Positions 1 to 11,600 of a DNA stretch of 64,000 nt are shown in pieces (position 1 is the first letter of the stretch; every line of letters starts with the position of its first letter). The DNA comes from the human T2T-CHM13v2.0 reference genome, Homo sapiens. Position numbers and translations under genes: made by a program. The notes beneath the pieces were generated by a model, which did no database searches, was not told where the DNA came from, and was given only the letters and a program-made list of their open reading frames with translations. The stretch lies in the NCBI RefSeq assembly GCF_009914755.1, contig NC_060925.1. One strand, given 5' to 3'.

Positions 1-370
1 GAATCGAATGGAACAATCATCGAATGGACTCAAATGGAATTATCCTCAAATGGAATCGAATGGAATTATCAAATGCAATCGAATGGAATTATCGAATGCA
101 ATCGAATAGAATCATCGAATGGACTCGAATGGAATCATCGAATGGAATGGAATGGAACAGTCAATGAACTCGAATGGAATCATCATTGAATGGAATCGAA
201 TGGAATCATCGAGTGGAATCGAATGGAATTATGATCAAATGGAATCGAATGTTATCATCATCAAATGGAATCAAAAATAACCATCATCAATTGGTATTGA
301 ATGGAATTGTCATCAAATGGAATTCAAAGGAATCATCATCAAATGGAACAGAATGGAATCCTCATTGAAT

Positions 371-1306
371 GGAAATGAAAGGGGTCATCATCTAATGGAA
401 TCGCATGGAATCATCATCAAATGGAATCGAATGGAATCATCATCAAATGGAATCTAATGGAATCATTGAACAGAATTGAATGGAATCGTCATCGAATGAA
501 TTGAATGCAATCATCGAATGGTCTCGAATGGAATCATCTTCTAATGGAAAGGAATGGAATCATCGCATAGAATCGAATGGAATTATCATCGAATGGAATC
601 GAATGGTATCAACACCAAACGGAAAAAAACGGAATTATCGAATGGAATCGAAGAGAATCTTCGAACGGACCCGAATGGAATCATCTAATGGAATGGAATG
701 GAATAATCCATGAACTCGAATGCAATCATCATCGAATGGAATCGAATGGAATCATCGAATGGACTCGAATGGAATAATCATTGAACGGAATCGAATGGAA
801 TCATCATCGGATGGAAACGAATGGAATCATAATCGAATGGAAATGAAAGGAGTCATCATCTAATGGAATTGCATGGAATCATCATAAAATGGAATCGAAT
901 GGAATCAACATCAAATGGAATCAAATGGAATCATTGAGCGGAATTGAATGGAATCGTCATCGAATGAATTGACTGCAATCATCGAATGGTCTCGAATGGA
1001 ATCATCTTCAAATGGAATGGAATGGAATCATCGCATAGAATCGAATGGAATTATCATCGAATGGAATCGAATGGAATCAACATCCAACGGAAAAAAACGG
1101 AATTATCGAATGGAATCGAAGAGAATCATCGAATGGACCCGAATGGAATCATCTAATGGAATGGAATGGAATAATCCATGGACTCGAATGCAATCATCAT
1201 CGAATGGAATCGAATGGAATCATCGAATGGACTCGAATGGAATAATCATTGAACGGAATCGAATGGAATCATCATCGGATGGAAATGAATGGAATCATCA
1301 TCGAAT
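371..1306 (+). repeat. Internal tandem duplication of 468 bp (subunits A and B) present in every unit; first instance shown
   Basis: GGAAATGAAAGGGGTCATC at 371 vs GGAAATGAAAGGAGTCATC at 839; paired ORF starts 480/948, 2256/2724 etc. are 468 apart. About 13 diagnostic differences (e.g. GGAAAGG/GGAATGG, GGTATCAACACC/GGAATCAACATC, TCTTCGAAC/TCATCGAAT). Confidence 0.93.
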
Positions 1307-4031
1307 GGAATCGAATAGAATTATGGAATGAAATCCAGTGTGATCATCATCGAATGGACCCGAATGGAATCATCATCCAACGGAAGCTAATGGAATCAAC
1401 ATAGAATGAATCAAATGGAAACACCATCGAATTGAAACGAATGGAATTATCATGAAATTGAAATGGATGGACTCATCATCGAATGGATTCGAATGGAATC
1501 ATCGAATAAAATTGATTGAAATCATCATCCAATGGAATCGAATGGTATCATTGAATGGAATCGAATGGAATCATCATCAGATGGAAATGAATGGAATCGT
1601 CATAGAATGGAATCGAATGGATTCATTGAATGGAATCAGATGGAATCATCGAATGGACTGGAATGGAATCATTGAATGGACTCGAAAGGGATCATTTTTG
1701 AATGGAATTGAATGGAATCATCGAATGGTCTCGATTGGAATCATTATCAAATGGAATCGAATGGAATCACCGAATAGAATCGAATGGAACAATCATCGAA
1801 TGGACTCAAATGGAATTATCCTCCAATGGAATCGAATGGAATTATCGAATGCAATCGAATGGAATTATCGAATGCAATCGAATAGAATCATCGAATGGAC
1901 TCGAATGGAATCATCGAATGGAATGGAATGGAACAGTCAATGAACTCGAATGGAATCATCATTGAATGGAATCGAATGGAATCATCGAGTGGAATCGAAT
2001 GGAATTATGATCAAATGGAATCGAATGTAATCATCATCAAATGGAATCAAAAATAACCATCATCAATTGGTATTGAATGGAATTGTCATCAAATGGAATT
2101 CAAAGGAATCATCATCAAATGGAACCGAATGGAATCCTCATTGAATGGAAATGAAAGGGGTCATCATCTAATGGAATCGCATGGAATCATCATCAAATGG
2201 AATCGAATGGAATCATCATCAAATGGAATCTAATGGAATCATTGAACAGAATTGAATGGAATCGTCATCGAATGAATTGAATGCAATCATCGAATGGTCT
2301 CGAATGGAATCATCTTCTAATGGAAAGGAATGGAATCATCGCATAGAATCGAATGGAATTATCATCGAATGGAATCGGATGGTATCAACACCAAACGGAA
2401 AAAAACGGAATTATCGAATGGAATCGAAGAGAATCTTCGAACGGACCCGAATGGAATCATCTAATGGAATGGAATGGAATAATCCATGGACTCGAATGCA
2501 ATCATCATCGAATGGAATCGAATGGAATCATCGAATGGACTCGAATGGAATAATCATTGAACGGAATCGAATGGAATCATCATCGGATGGAAACGAATGG
2601 AATCATCATCGAATGGAAATCAAAGGAGTCATCATCTAATGGAATTGCATGGAATCATCATAAAATGGAATCGAATGGAATCAACATCAAATGGAATCAA
2701 ATGGAATCATTGAACGGAATTGAATGGAATCGTCATCGAATGAATTGAATGCAATCATCGAATGGTCTCGAATGGAATCATCTTCAAATGGAATGGAATG
2801 GAATCATCGCATAGACTCGAATGGAATTATCATCGAATGGAATCGAATGGAATCAACATCAAACGGAAAAAAACGGAATTATCGAATGGAATCGAAGAGA
2901 ATCATCGAATGGACCCGAATGGAATCATCTAATGGAATGGAATGGAATAATCCATGGACTCGAATGCAATCATCATCGAATGGAATCGAATGGAATCATC
3001 GAATGGACTCGAATGGAATAATCATTGAACGGAATCGAATGGAATCATCATCGGATGGAAATGAATGGAATCATCATCGAATGGAATCGAATAGAATTAT
3101 GGAATGAAATCCAGTGTGATCATCATCGAATGGACCCGAATGGAATCATCATCCAACGGAAGCTAATGGAATCAACATCGAATGAATCGAATGGAAACAC
3201 CATCGAATTGAAACGAATGGAATTATCATGAAATTGAAATGGATGGACTCATCATCGAATGGATTCGAATGGAATCATCGAATAAAATTGATTGAAATCA
3301 TCATCGAATGGAATCGAATGGTATCATTGAATGGAATCGAATGGAATCATCATCAGATGGAAATGAATGGAATCGTCATAGAATGGAATCGAATGGATTC
3401 ATTGAATGGAATCAGATGGAATCATCGAATGGACTGGAATGGAATCATTGAATGGACTCGAAAGGGATCATTATTGAATGGAATTGAATGGAATCATCGA
3501 ATGGTCTCGATTGGAATGATTATCAAATGGAATCGAATGGAATCACCGAATAGAATCGAATGGAACAATCATCGAATGGACTCAAATGGAATTATCCTCC
3601 AATGGAATCGAATGGAATTATCGAATGCAATCGAATGGAATTATCGAATGCAATCGAATAGAATCATCGAATGGACTCGAATGGAATCATCGAATGGAAT
3701 GGAATGGAACAGTCAATGAACTCGAATGGAATCATCATTGAATGGAATCGAATGGAATCATCGAGTGGAATCGAATGGAATTATGATCAAATGGAATCGA
3801 ATGTAATCATCATCAAATGGAATCAAAAATAACCATCATCAATTGGTATTGAATGGAATTGTCATCAAATGGAATTCAAAGGAATCATCATCAAATGGAA
3901 CCGAATGGAATCCTCATTGAATGGAAATGAAAGGGGTCATCATCTAATGGAATTGCATGGAATCATCATCAAATGGAATCGAATGGAATCATCATCAAAT
4001 GGAATCTAATGGAATCATTGAACAGAATTGA

Positions 4032-5094
4032 ATGGAATCGTCATCGAATGAATTGAATGCAATCATCGAATGGTCTCGAATGGAATCATCTTCTAATGGA
4101 AAGGAATGGAATCATCGCATAGAATCGAATGGAATTATCATCGAATGGAATCGAATGGTATCAACACCAATCGGAAAAAAACGGAATTATCGAATGGAAT
4201 CGAAGAGAATCTTCGAACGGACCCGAATGGAATCATCTAATGGAATGGAATGGAATAATCCATGGACTCGAATGCAATCATCATCGAATGGAATCGAATG
4301 GAATCATCGAATGGACTCGAATGGAATAATCATTGAACGGAATCGAATGGAATCATCATCGGATGGAAACGAATGGAATCATCATCGAATGGAAATGAAA
4401 GGAGTCATCATCTAATGGAATTGCATGGAATCATCATCAAATGGAATCGAATGGAATCAACATCAAATGGAATCAAATGGAATCATTGAACGGAATTGAA
4501 TGGAATCGTCATCGAATGAATTGACTGCAATCATCGAATGGTCTCGAATGGAATCATCTTCAAATGGAATGGAATGGAATCATCGCATAGAATCGAATGG
4601 AATTATCATCGAATGGAATCTAATGGAATCAACATCAAACGGAAAAAAACGGAATTATCGAATGGAATCGAAGAGAATCATCGAATGGACCCGAATGGAA
4701 TCATCTAATGGAATGGAATGGAATAATCCATGGACTCGAATGCAATCATCATCGAATGGAATCGAATGGAATCATCGAATGAACCCGAATGGAATCATCA
4801 TTGAATGGAATCGAATGGAATCATCGAGTGGAATCCAATGGAATTATGATCAAATGGAATCGAATGTAATCATCATCAAATGGAATCAAAAATAACCATC
4901 ATCAATTGGTATTGAATGGAATTGTCATCAAATGGAATTCAAAGGAATCATCATCAAATGGAACCGAATGGAATCCTCATTGAATGGAAATGAAAGGGGT
5001 CATCATCTAATGGAATCGCATGGAATCATCATCAAATGGAATCGAATGGAATCATCATCAAATGGAATCTAATGGAATCATTGAACAGAATTGA
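4032..5094 (+). repeat. Truncated 1063-bp unit (713-bp deletion)
   Basis: Anchor spacing 4032 to 5095 is 1063. Junction CATCG-AATG-AACCCG at 4778-4781; the AAATCCAGTGTG to GGAACAGTC segment is absent. Confidence 0.93.
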
Positions 5095-5165
5095 ATGGAA
5101 TCGTCATCGAATGAATTGAATGCAATCATCGAATGGTCTCGAATTGAATTATCTTCTAATGGAAA

Positions 5166-5354
5166 TGAATGGAATCATCGCATAGAATCGAATGGAATTA
5201 ACATTGAATGGACTCGAATGGAATCAACATCAAACGGAATCAAGCGGAATTATCGAATGGAATCGAAGAGATTCATCGAATGGACTCGAATGGAATCATC
5301 TAATGGAATGGAATGGAATAATCCATGGACCAGAATGCAATCATCATCGTATAA
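5166..5354 (+). repeat. Divergent HSat2 patch in subunit A, copy 1
   Basis: GGAATTAACATTGAATGGACTC, CGGAATCAAGCGG (instead of CGGAAAAAAACGG), GAGATTCATCG, TCGTATAAAATCG; about 17 differences from consensus A in ~190 bp. Confidence 0.9.
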
Positions 5355-6941
5355 AATCGAATGGAATCATCGAATGGACTCGAATGGAATAATCATTGAA
5401 CGGAATCGAATGGAATCATCATCGGATGGAAACGAATGGAATCATCATCGAATGGAAATGAAAGGAGTCATCATCTAATGGAATTGCATGGAATCATCAT
5501 AAAATGGAATCGAATGGAATCAACATCAAATGGAATCAAATGGAATCATTGAACGGAATTGAATGGAGTCGTCATCGAATGAATTGAATGCAATCATCGA
5601 ATGGTCTCGAATGGAATCATCTTCAAATGGAATGGAATGGAATCATCGCATAGAATCGAATGGAATTATCATCGAATGGAATCGAATGGAATCAACCTCA
5701 AACGGAAAAAAACGGAATTATCGAATGGAATCGAAGAGAATCATCGAATGGACCCGAATGGAATCATCTAATGGAATGGAATGGAGTAATCCATGGACTC
5801 GAATGCAATCATCATCGAATGGAATCGAATGGAATCATCGAGTGGACTCGAATGGAATAATCATTGAACGGAATCGAATGGAATCATCATCGGATGGAAA
5901 TGAATGGAATCATCATCGAATGGAATCGAATAGAATTATGGAATGAAATCCAGTGTGATCATCATCGAATGGACCCGAATGGAATCATCATCCAATGGAA
6001 GCTAATGGAATCAACATCGAATGAATCGAATGGAAACACCATCGAATTGAAACGAATGGAATTACCATGAAATTGAAATGGATGGACTCATCATCGAATG
6101 GATTCGGATGGAATCATCGAATAAAATTGATTGAAATCATCATCGAATGGAATCGAATGGTATCATTGAATGGAATCGAATGGAATCATCATCAGATGGA
6201 AATGAATGGAATCGTCATAGAATGGAATCGAATGGATTCATTGAATGGAATCAGATGGAATCATCGAATGGACTGGAATGGAATCATTGAATGGACACGA
6301 AAGGGATCATGATTGAATGGAATTGAATGGAATCATTGAATGGTCTCGATTGGAATCATTATCAAATGGAATCGAATGGAATCACCGAATAGAATCGAAT
6401 GGAACAATCATCGAACGGACTCAAATGGAATTATCCTTAAATGGAATCGAATGGAATTATCGAATGCAATCGAATGGAATTATCGAATGCAATCGAATAG
6501 AATCATCGAATGGACTCGAATGGAATCATCGAATGGAATGGAATGGAACAGTCAATGAACTCGAATGGAATCATCATTGAATGGAATCGAATGGAATCAT
6601 CGAGTGGAATCGAATGGAATTATGATCAAATGGAATCGAATGTAATCATCATCAAATGGAATCAAAAATAACCATCATCAATTGGTATTGAATGGAATTG
6701 TCATCAAATGGAATTCAAAGGAATCATCATCAAATGGAACTGAATGGAATCCTCATTGAATGGAAATGAAAGGGGTCATCATCTAATGGAATCGCATGGA
6801 ATCATCATCAAATGGAATCGAATGGAATCATCATCAAATGGAATCTAATGGAATCATTGAACAGAATTGAATGGAATCGTCATCGAATGAATTGAATGCA
6901 ATCATCGAATGGTCTCGAATGGAATCATCTTCTAATGGAAA

Positions 6942-7130
6942 TGAATGGAATCATCGCATAGAATCGAATGGAATTAACATTGAATGGACTCGAATGGAAT
7001 CAACATCAAACGGAATCAAGCGGAATTATCGAATGGAATCGAAGAGATTCATTGAATGGACTCGAATAGAATCATCTAATGGAATGGAATGGAATAATCC
7101 ATGGACCCGAATGCAATCATCATCGTATAA
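6942..7130 (+). repeat. Divergent HSat2 patch in subunit A, copy 2
   Basis: Same variant cluster exactly 1776 bp downstream of copy 1. Confidence 0.9.
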
Positions 7131-8646
7131 AATCGAATGGAATCATCGAATGGACTCGAATGGAATAATCATTGAACGGAATCGAATGGAATCATCATCG
7201 GATGGAAACGAATGGAATCATCATCGAATGGAAATGAAAGGAGTCATCATCTAATGGAATTGCATGGAATCATCATAAAATGGAATCGAATGGAATCAAC
7301 ATCAAATGGAATCAAATGGAATCATTGAACGGAATTGAATGGAGCCGTCATCGAATGAATTGAATGCAATCATCGAATGGTCTCGAATGGAATCATCTTC
7401 AAATGGAATGGAATGGAATCATCGCATAGAATCGAATGGAATTATCATCGAATGGAATCGAATGGAATCAACATCCAACGGAAAAAAACGGAATTATCGA
7501 ATGGAATCGAAGAGAATCATCGAATGGACCCGAATGGAATCATCTAATGGAATGGAATGGAATAATCCATGGACTCGAATGCAATCATCATCGAATGGAA
7601 TCGAATGGAATCATCGAGTGGACTCGAATGGAATAATCATTGAACGGAAACGAATGGAATCATCATCGGATGGAAATGAATGGAATCATCATCGAATGGA
7701 ATCGAATAGAATTATGGAATGAAATCCAGTGTGATCATCATCGAATGGACCCGAATGGAATCATCATCCAACGGAAGCTAATGGAATCAACATCGAATGA
7801 ATCGAATGGAAACACCATCGAATTGAAACGAATGGAATTATCATGAAATTGAAATGGATGGACTCATCATCGAATGGATTCGAATGGAATCATCGAATAA
7901 AATTGATTGAAATCATCATCGAATTGAATCGAATTGTATCATTGAATGGAATCGAATGGAATCATCATCAGATGGAAATGAATGGAATCGTCATAGAATG
8001 GAATCGAATGGATTCATTGAATGGAATCAGATGGAATCATCGAATGGACTGGAATGGAATCATTGAATGGACTCGAAAGGGATCATGATTGAATGGAATT
8101 GAATGGAATCATCGAATGGTCTCGATTGGAATCATTATCAAATGGAATCGAATGGAATCACCGAATAGAATCGAATGGAACAATCATCGAATGGACTCAA
8201 ATGGAATTATCCTCAAATGGAATCGAATGGAATTATCGAATGCAATCGAATGGAATTATCGAATGCAATCGAATAGAATCATCGAATGGACTCGAATGGA
8301 ATCATCGAATGGAATGGAATGGAACAGTCAATGAACTCGAATGGAATCATCATTGAATGGAATCGAATGGAATCATCGAGTGGAATCGAATGGAATTATG
8401 ATCAAATGGAATCGAATGTAATCATCATCAAATGGAATCAAAAATAACCATCATCAATTGGTATTGAATGGAATTGTCATCAAATGGAATTCAAAGGAAT
8501 CATCATCAAATGGAACCGAATGGAATCCTCATTGAATGGAAATGAAAGGGGTCATCATCTAATGGAATCGCATGGAATCATCATCAAATGGAATCGAATG
8601 GAATCATCATCAAATGGAATCTAATGGAATCATTGAACAGAATTGA

Positions 8647-11600
8647 ATGGAATCGTCATCGAATGAATTGAATGCAATCATCGAATGGTCTCGAATGGAA
8701 TCATCTTCTAATGGAAAGGAATGGAATCATCGCATAGAATCGAATGGAATTATCATCGAATGGAATCGAATGGTATCAACACCAAACGGAAAAAAACGGA
8801 ATTATCGAATGGAATCGAAGAGAATCTTCGAACGGACCCGAATGGAATCATCTAATGGAATGGAATGGAATAATCCATGGACTCGAATGCAATCATCATC
8901 GAATGGAATCGAATGGAATCATCGAATGGACTCGAATGGAATAATCATTGAACGGAATCGAATGGAATCATCATCGGATGGAAACGAATGGAATCATCAT
9001 CGAGTGGAAATGAAAGGAGTCATCATCTAATGGAATTGCATGGAATCATCATAAAATGGAATCGAATGGAATCAACATCAAATGGAATCAAATGGAATCA
9101 TTGAACGGAATTGAATGGAATCGTCATCGAATGAATTGACTGCAATCATCCAATGGTCTCGAATGGAATCATCTTCAAATGGAATGGAATGGAATCATCG
9201 CATAGAATCGAATGGAATTATCATCGAATGGAATCGAATGGAATCAACATCAAACGGAAAAAAACGGAATTATCGAATGGAATCGAAGAGAATCATCGAA
9301 TGGACCCGAATGGAATCATCTAATGGAATGGAATGGAATAATCCATGGACTCGAATGCAATCATCATCGAATGGAATCGAATGGAATCATCGAATGAACT
9401 CGAATGGAATCATCATTGAATGGAATCGAATGGAATCATCGAGTGGAATCGAATGGAATTATGATCAAATGGAATTGAATGTAATCATCATCAAATGGAA
9501 TCAAAAATAACCATCATCAATTGGTATTGAATGGAATTGTCATCAAATGGAATTCAAAGGAATCATCATCAAATGGAACCGAATGGAATCCTCATTGAAT
9601 GGAAATGAAAGGGGTCATCATCTAATGGAATCGCATGGAATCATCATCAAATGGAATCGAATGGAATCATTGAACAGAATTGAATGGAATCGTCATCGAA
9701 TGAATTGAATGCAATCATCGAATGGTCTCGAATGGAATCATCTTCTAATGGAAAGGAATGGAATCATCGCATAGAATCGAATGGAATTATCATCGAATGG
9801 AATCGAATGGTATCAACACCAAACGGAAAAAAACGGAATTATCGAATGGAATCGAAGAGAATCTTCGAACGGACCCGAATGGAATCATCTAATGGAATGG
9901 AATGGAATAATCCATGGACTCGAATGCAATCATCATCGAATGGAATCGAATGGAATCATCGAATGGACTCGAATGGAATAATCATTGAACGGAATCGAAT
10001 GGAATCATCATCGGATGGAAACGAATGGAATCATCATCGAATGGAAATGAAAGGAGTCATCATCTAATGGAATTGCATGGAATCATCATAAAATGGAATC
10101 GAATGGAATCAACATCAAATGGAATCAAATGGAATCATTGAACGGAATTGAATGGAATCGTCATCGAATGAATTGACTGCAATCATCCAATGGTCTCGAA
10201 TGGAATCATCTTCAAATGGAATGGAATGGAATCATCGCATAGAATCGAATGGAATTATCATCGAATGGAATCGAATGGAATCAACATCAAACGGAAAAAA
10301 ACGGAATTATCGAATGGAATCGAAGAGAATCATCGAATGGCCCCGAATGGAATCATCTAATGGAATGGAATTGAATAATCGATGGACTCGAATGCAATCA
10401 TCATCGAATGGAATCGAATCGAATCATCGAATGGACTCGAATGGAATAATCATTGAATGGAATCGAATGGAATCATCATCGGATGGAAATGAATGGAATC
10501 ATCATCGAATGGAATCGAATAGAATTATGGAATGAAATCCAGTGTGATCATCATCGAATGGACCCGAATGGAATCATCATCCAACGGAAGCTAATGGAAT
10601 CAACATCGAATGAATCGAATGGAAACACCATCGAATTGAAACGAATGGAATTATCATGAAATTGAAATGGATGGACTCATCATCGAATGGATTCGAATGG
10701 AATCATCGAATAAAATTGATTGAAATCATCATCGAATGGAATCGAATGGTATCATTGAATGGAATCGAATGGAATCATCATCAGATGGAAATGAATGGAA
10801 TCGTCATAGAATGGAATCGAATGGATTCATTGAATGGAATCAGATGGAATCATCGAATGGACTGGAATGGAATCATTGAATGGACTCGAAAGGGATCATG
10901 ATTGAATGGAATTGAATGGAATCATCGAATGGTCTCGATTGGAATCATTATCAAATGGAATCGAATGGAATCACCGAATAGAATCGAATGGAACAATCAT
11001 CGAATGGACTCAAATGGAATTATCCTCAAATGGAATCGAATGGAATTATCGAATGCAATCGAATGGAATTATCGAATGCAATCGAATAGAATCATCGAAT
11101 GGACTCGAATGGAATCATCGAATGGAATGGAATGGAACAGTCAATGAACTCGAATGGAATCATCATTGAATGGAATCGAATGGAATCATCGAGTGGAATC
11201 GAATGGAATTATGATCAAATGGAATCGAATGTAATCATCATCAAATGGAATCAAAAATAACCATCATCAATTGGTATTGAATGGAATTGTCATCAAATGG
11301 AATTCAAAGGAATCATCATCAAATGGAACCGAATGGAATCCTCATTGAATGGAAATGAAAGGGGTCATCATCTAATGGAATCGCATGGAATCATCATCAA
11401 ATGGAATCGAATGGAATCATCATCAAATGGAATCTAATGGAATCATTGAACAGAATTGAATGGAATCGTCATCGAATGAATTGAATGCAATCATCGAATG
11501 GTCTCGAATGGAATCATCTTCTAATGGAAAGGAATGGAATCATCGCATAGAATCGAATGGAATTATCATCGAATGGAATCGAATGGTATCAACACCAAAC

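Noticed and set aside
655-663. GAATCTTC as a heat-shock element
   Set aside because: Only two inverted nGAAn units, whereas a canonical HSE needs three. HSF1 stress-body binding is established mainly for HSat3.
1505-1510. AATAAA hexamer once per full unit (plus a variant-created one in T-type units) as a polyadenylation signal
   Set aside because: Expected by chance in A-rich satellite, with no clear downstream GU/U-rich element and no transcript evidence available.
371-1942. 468 = 18x26 and 713 = 31x23 as exact monomer multiples
   Set aside because: Both segments mix 23- and 26-bp monomers with extra pentamers, so the arithmetic is probably coincidental; not verified by monomer parsing.
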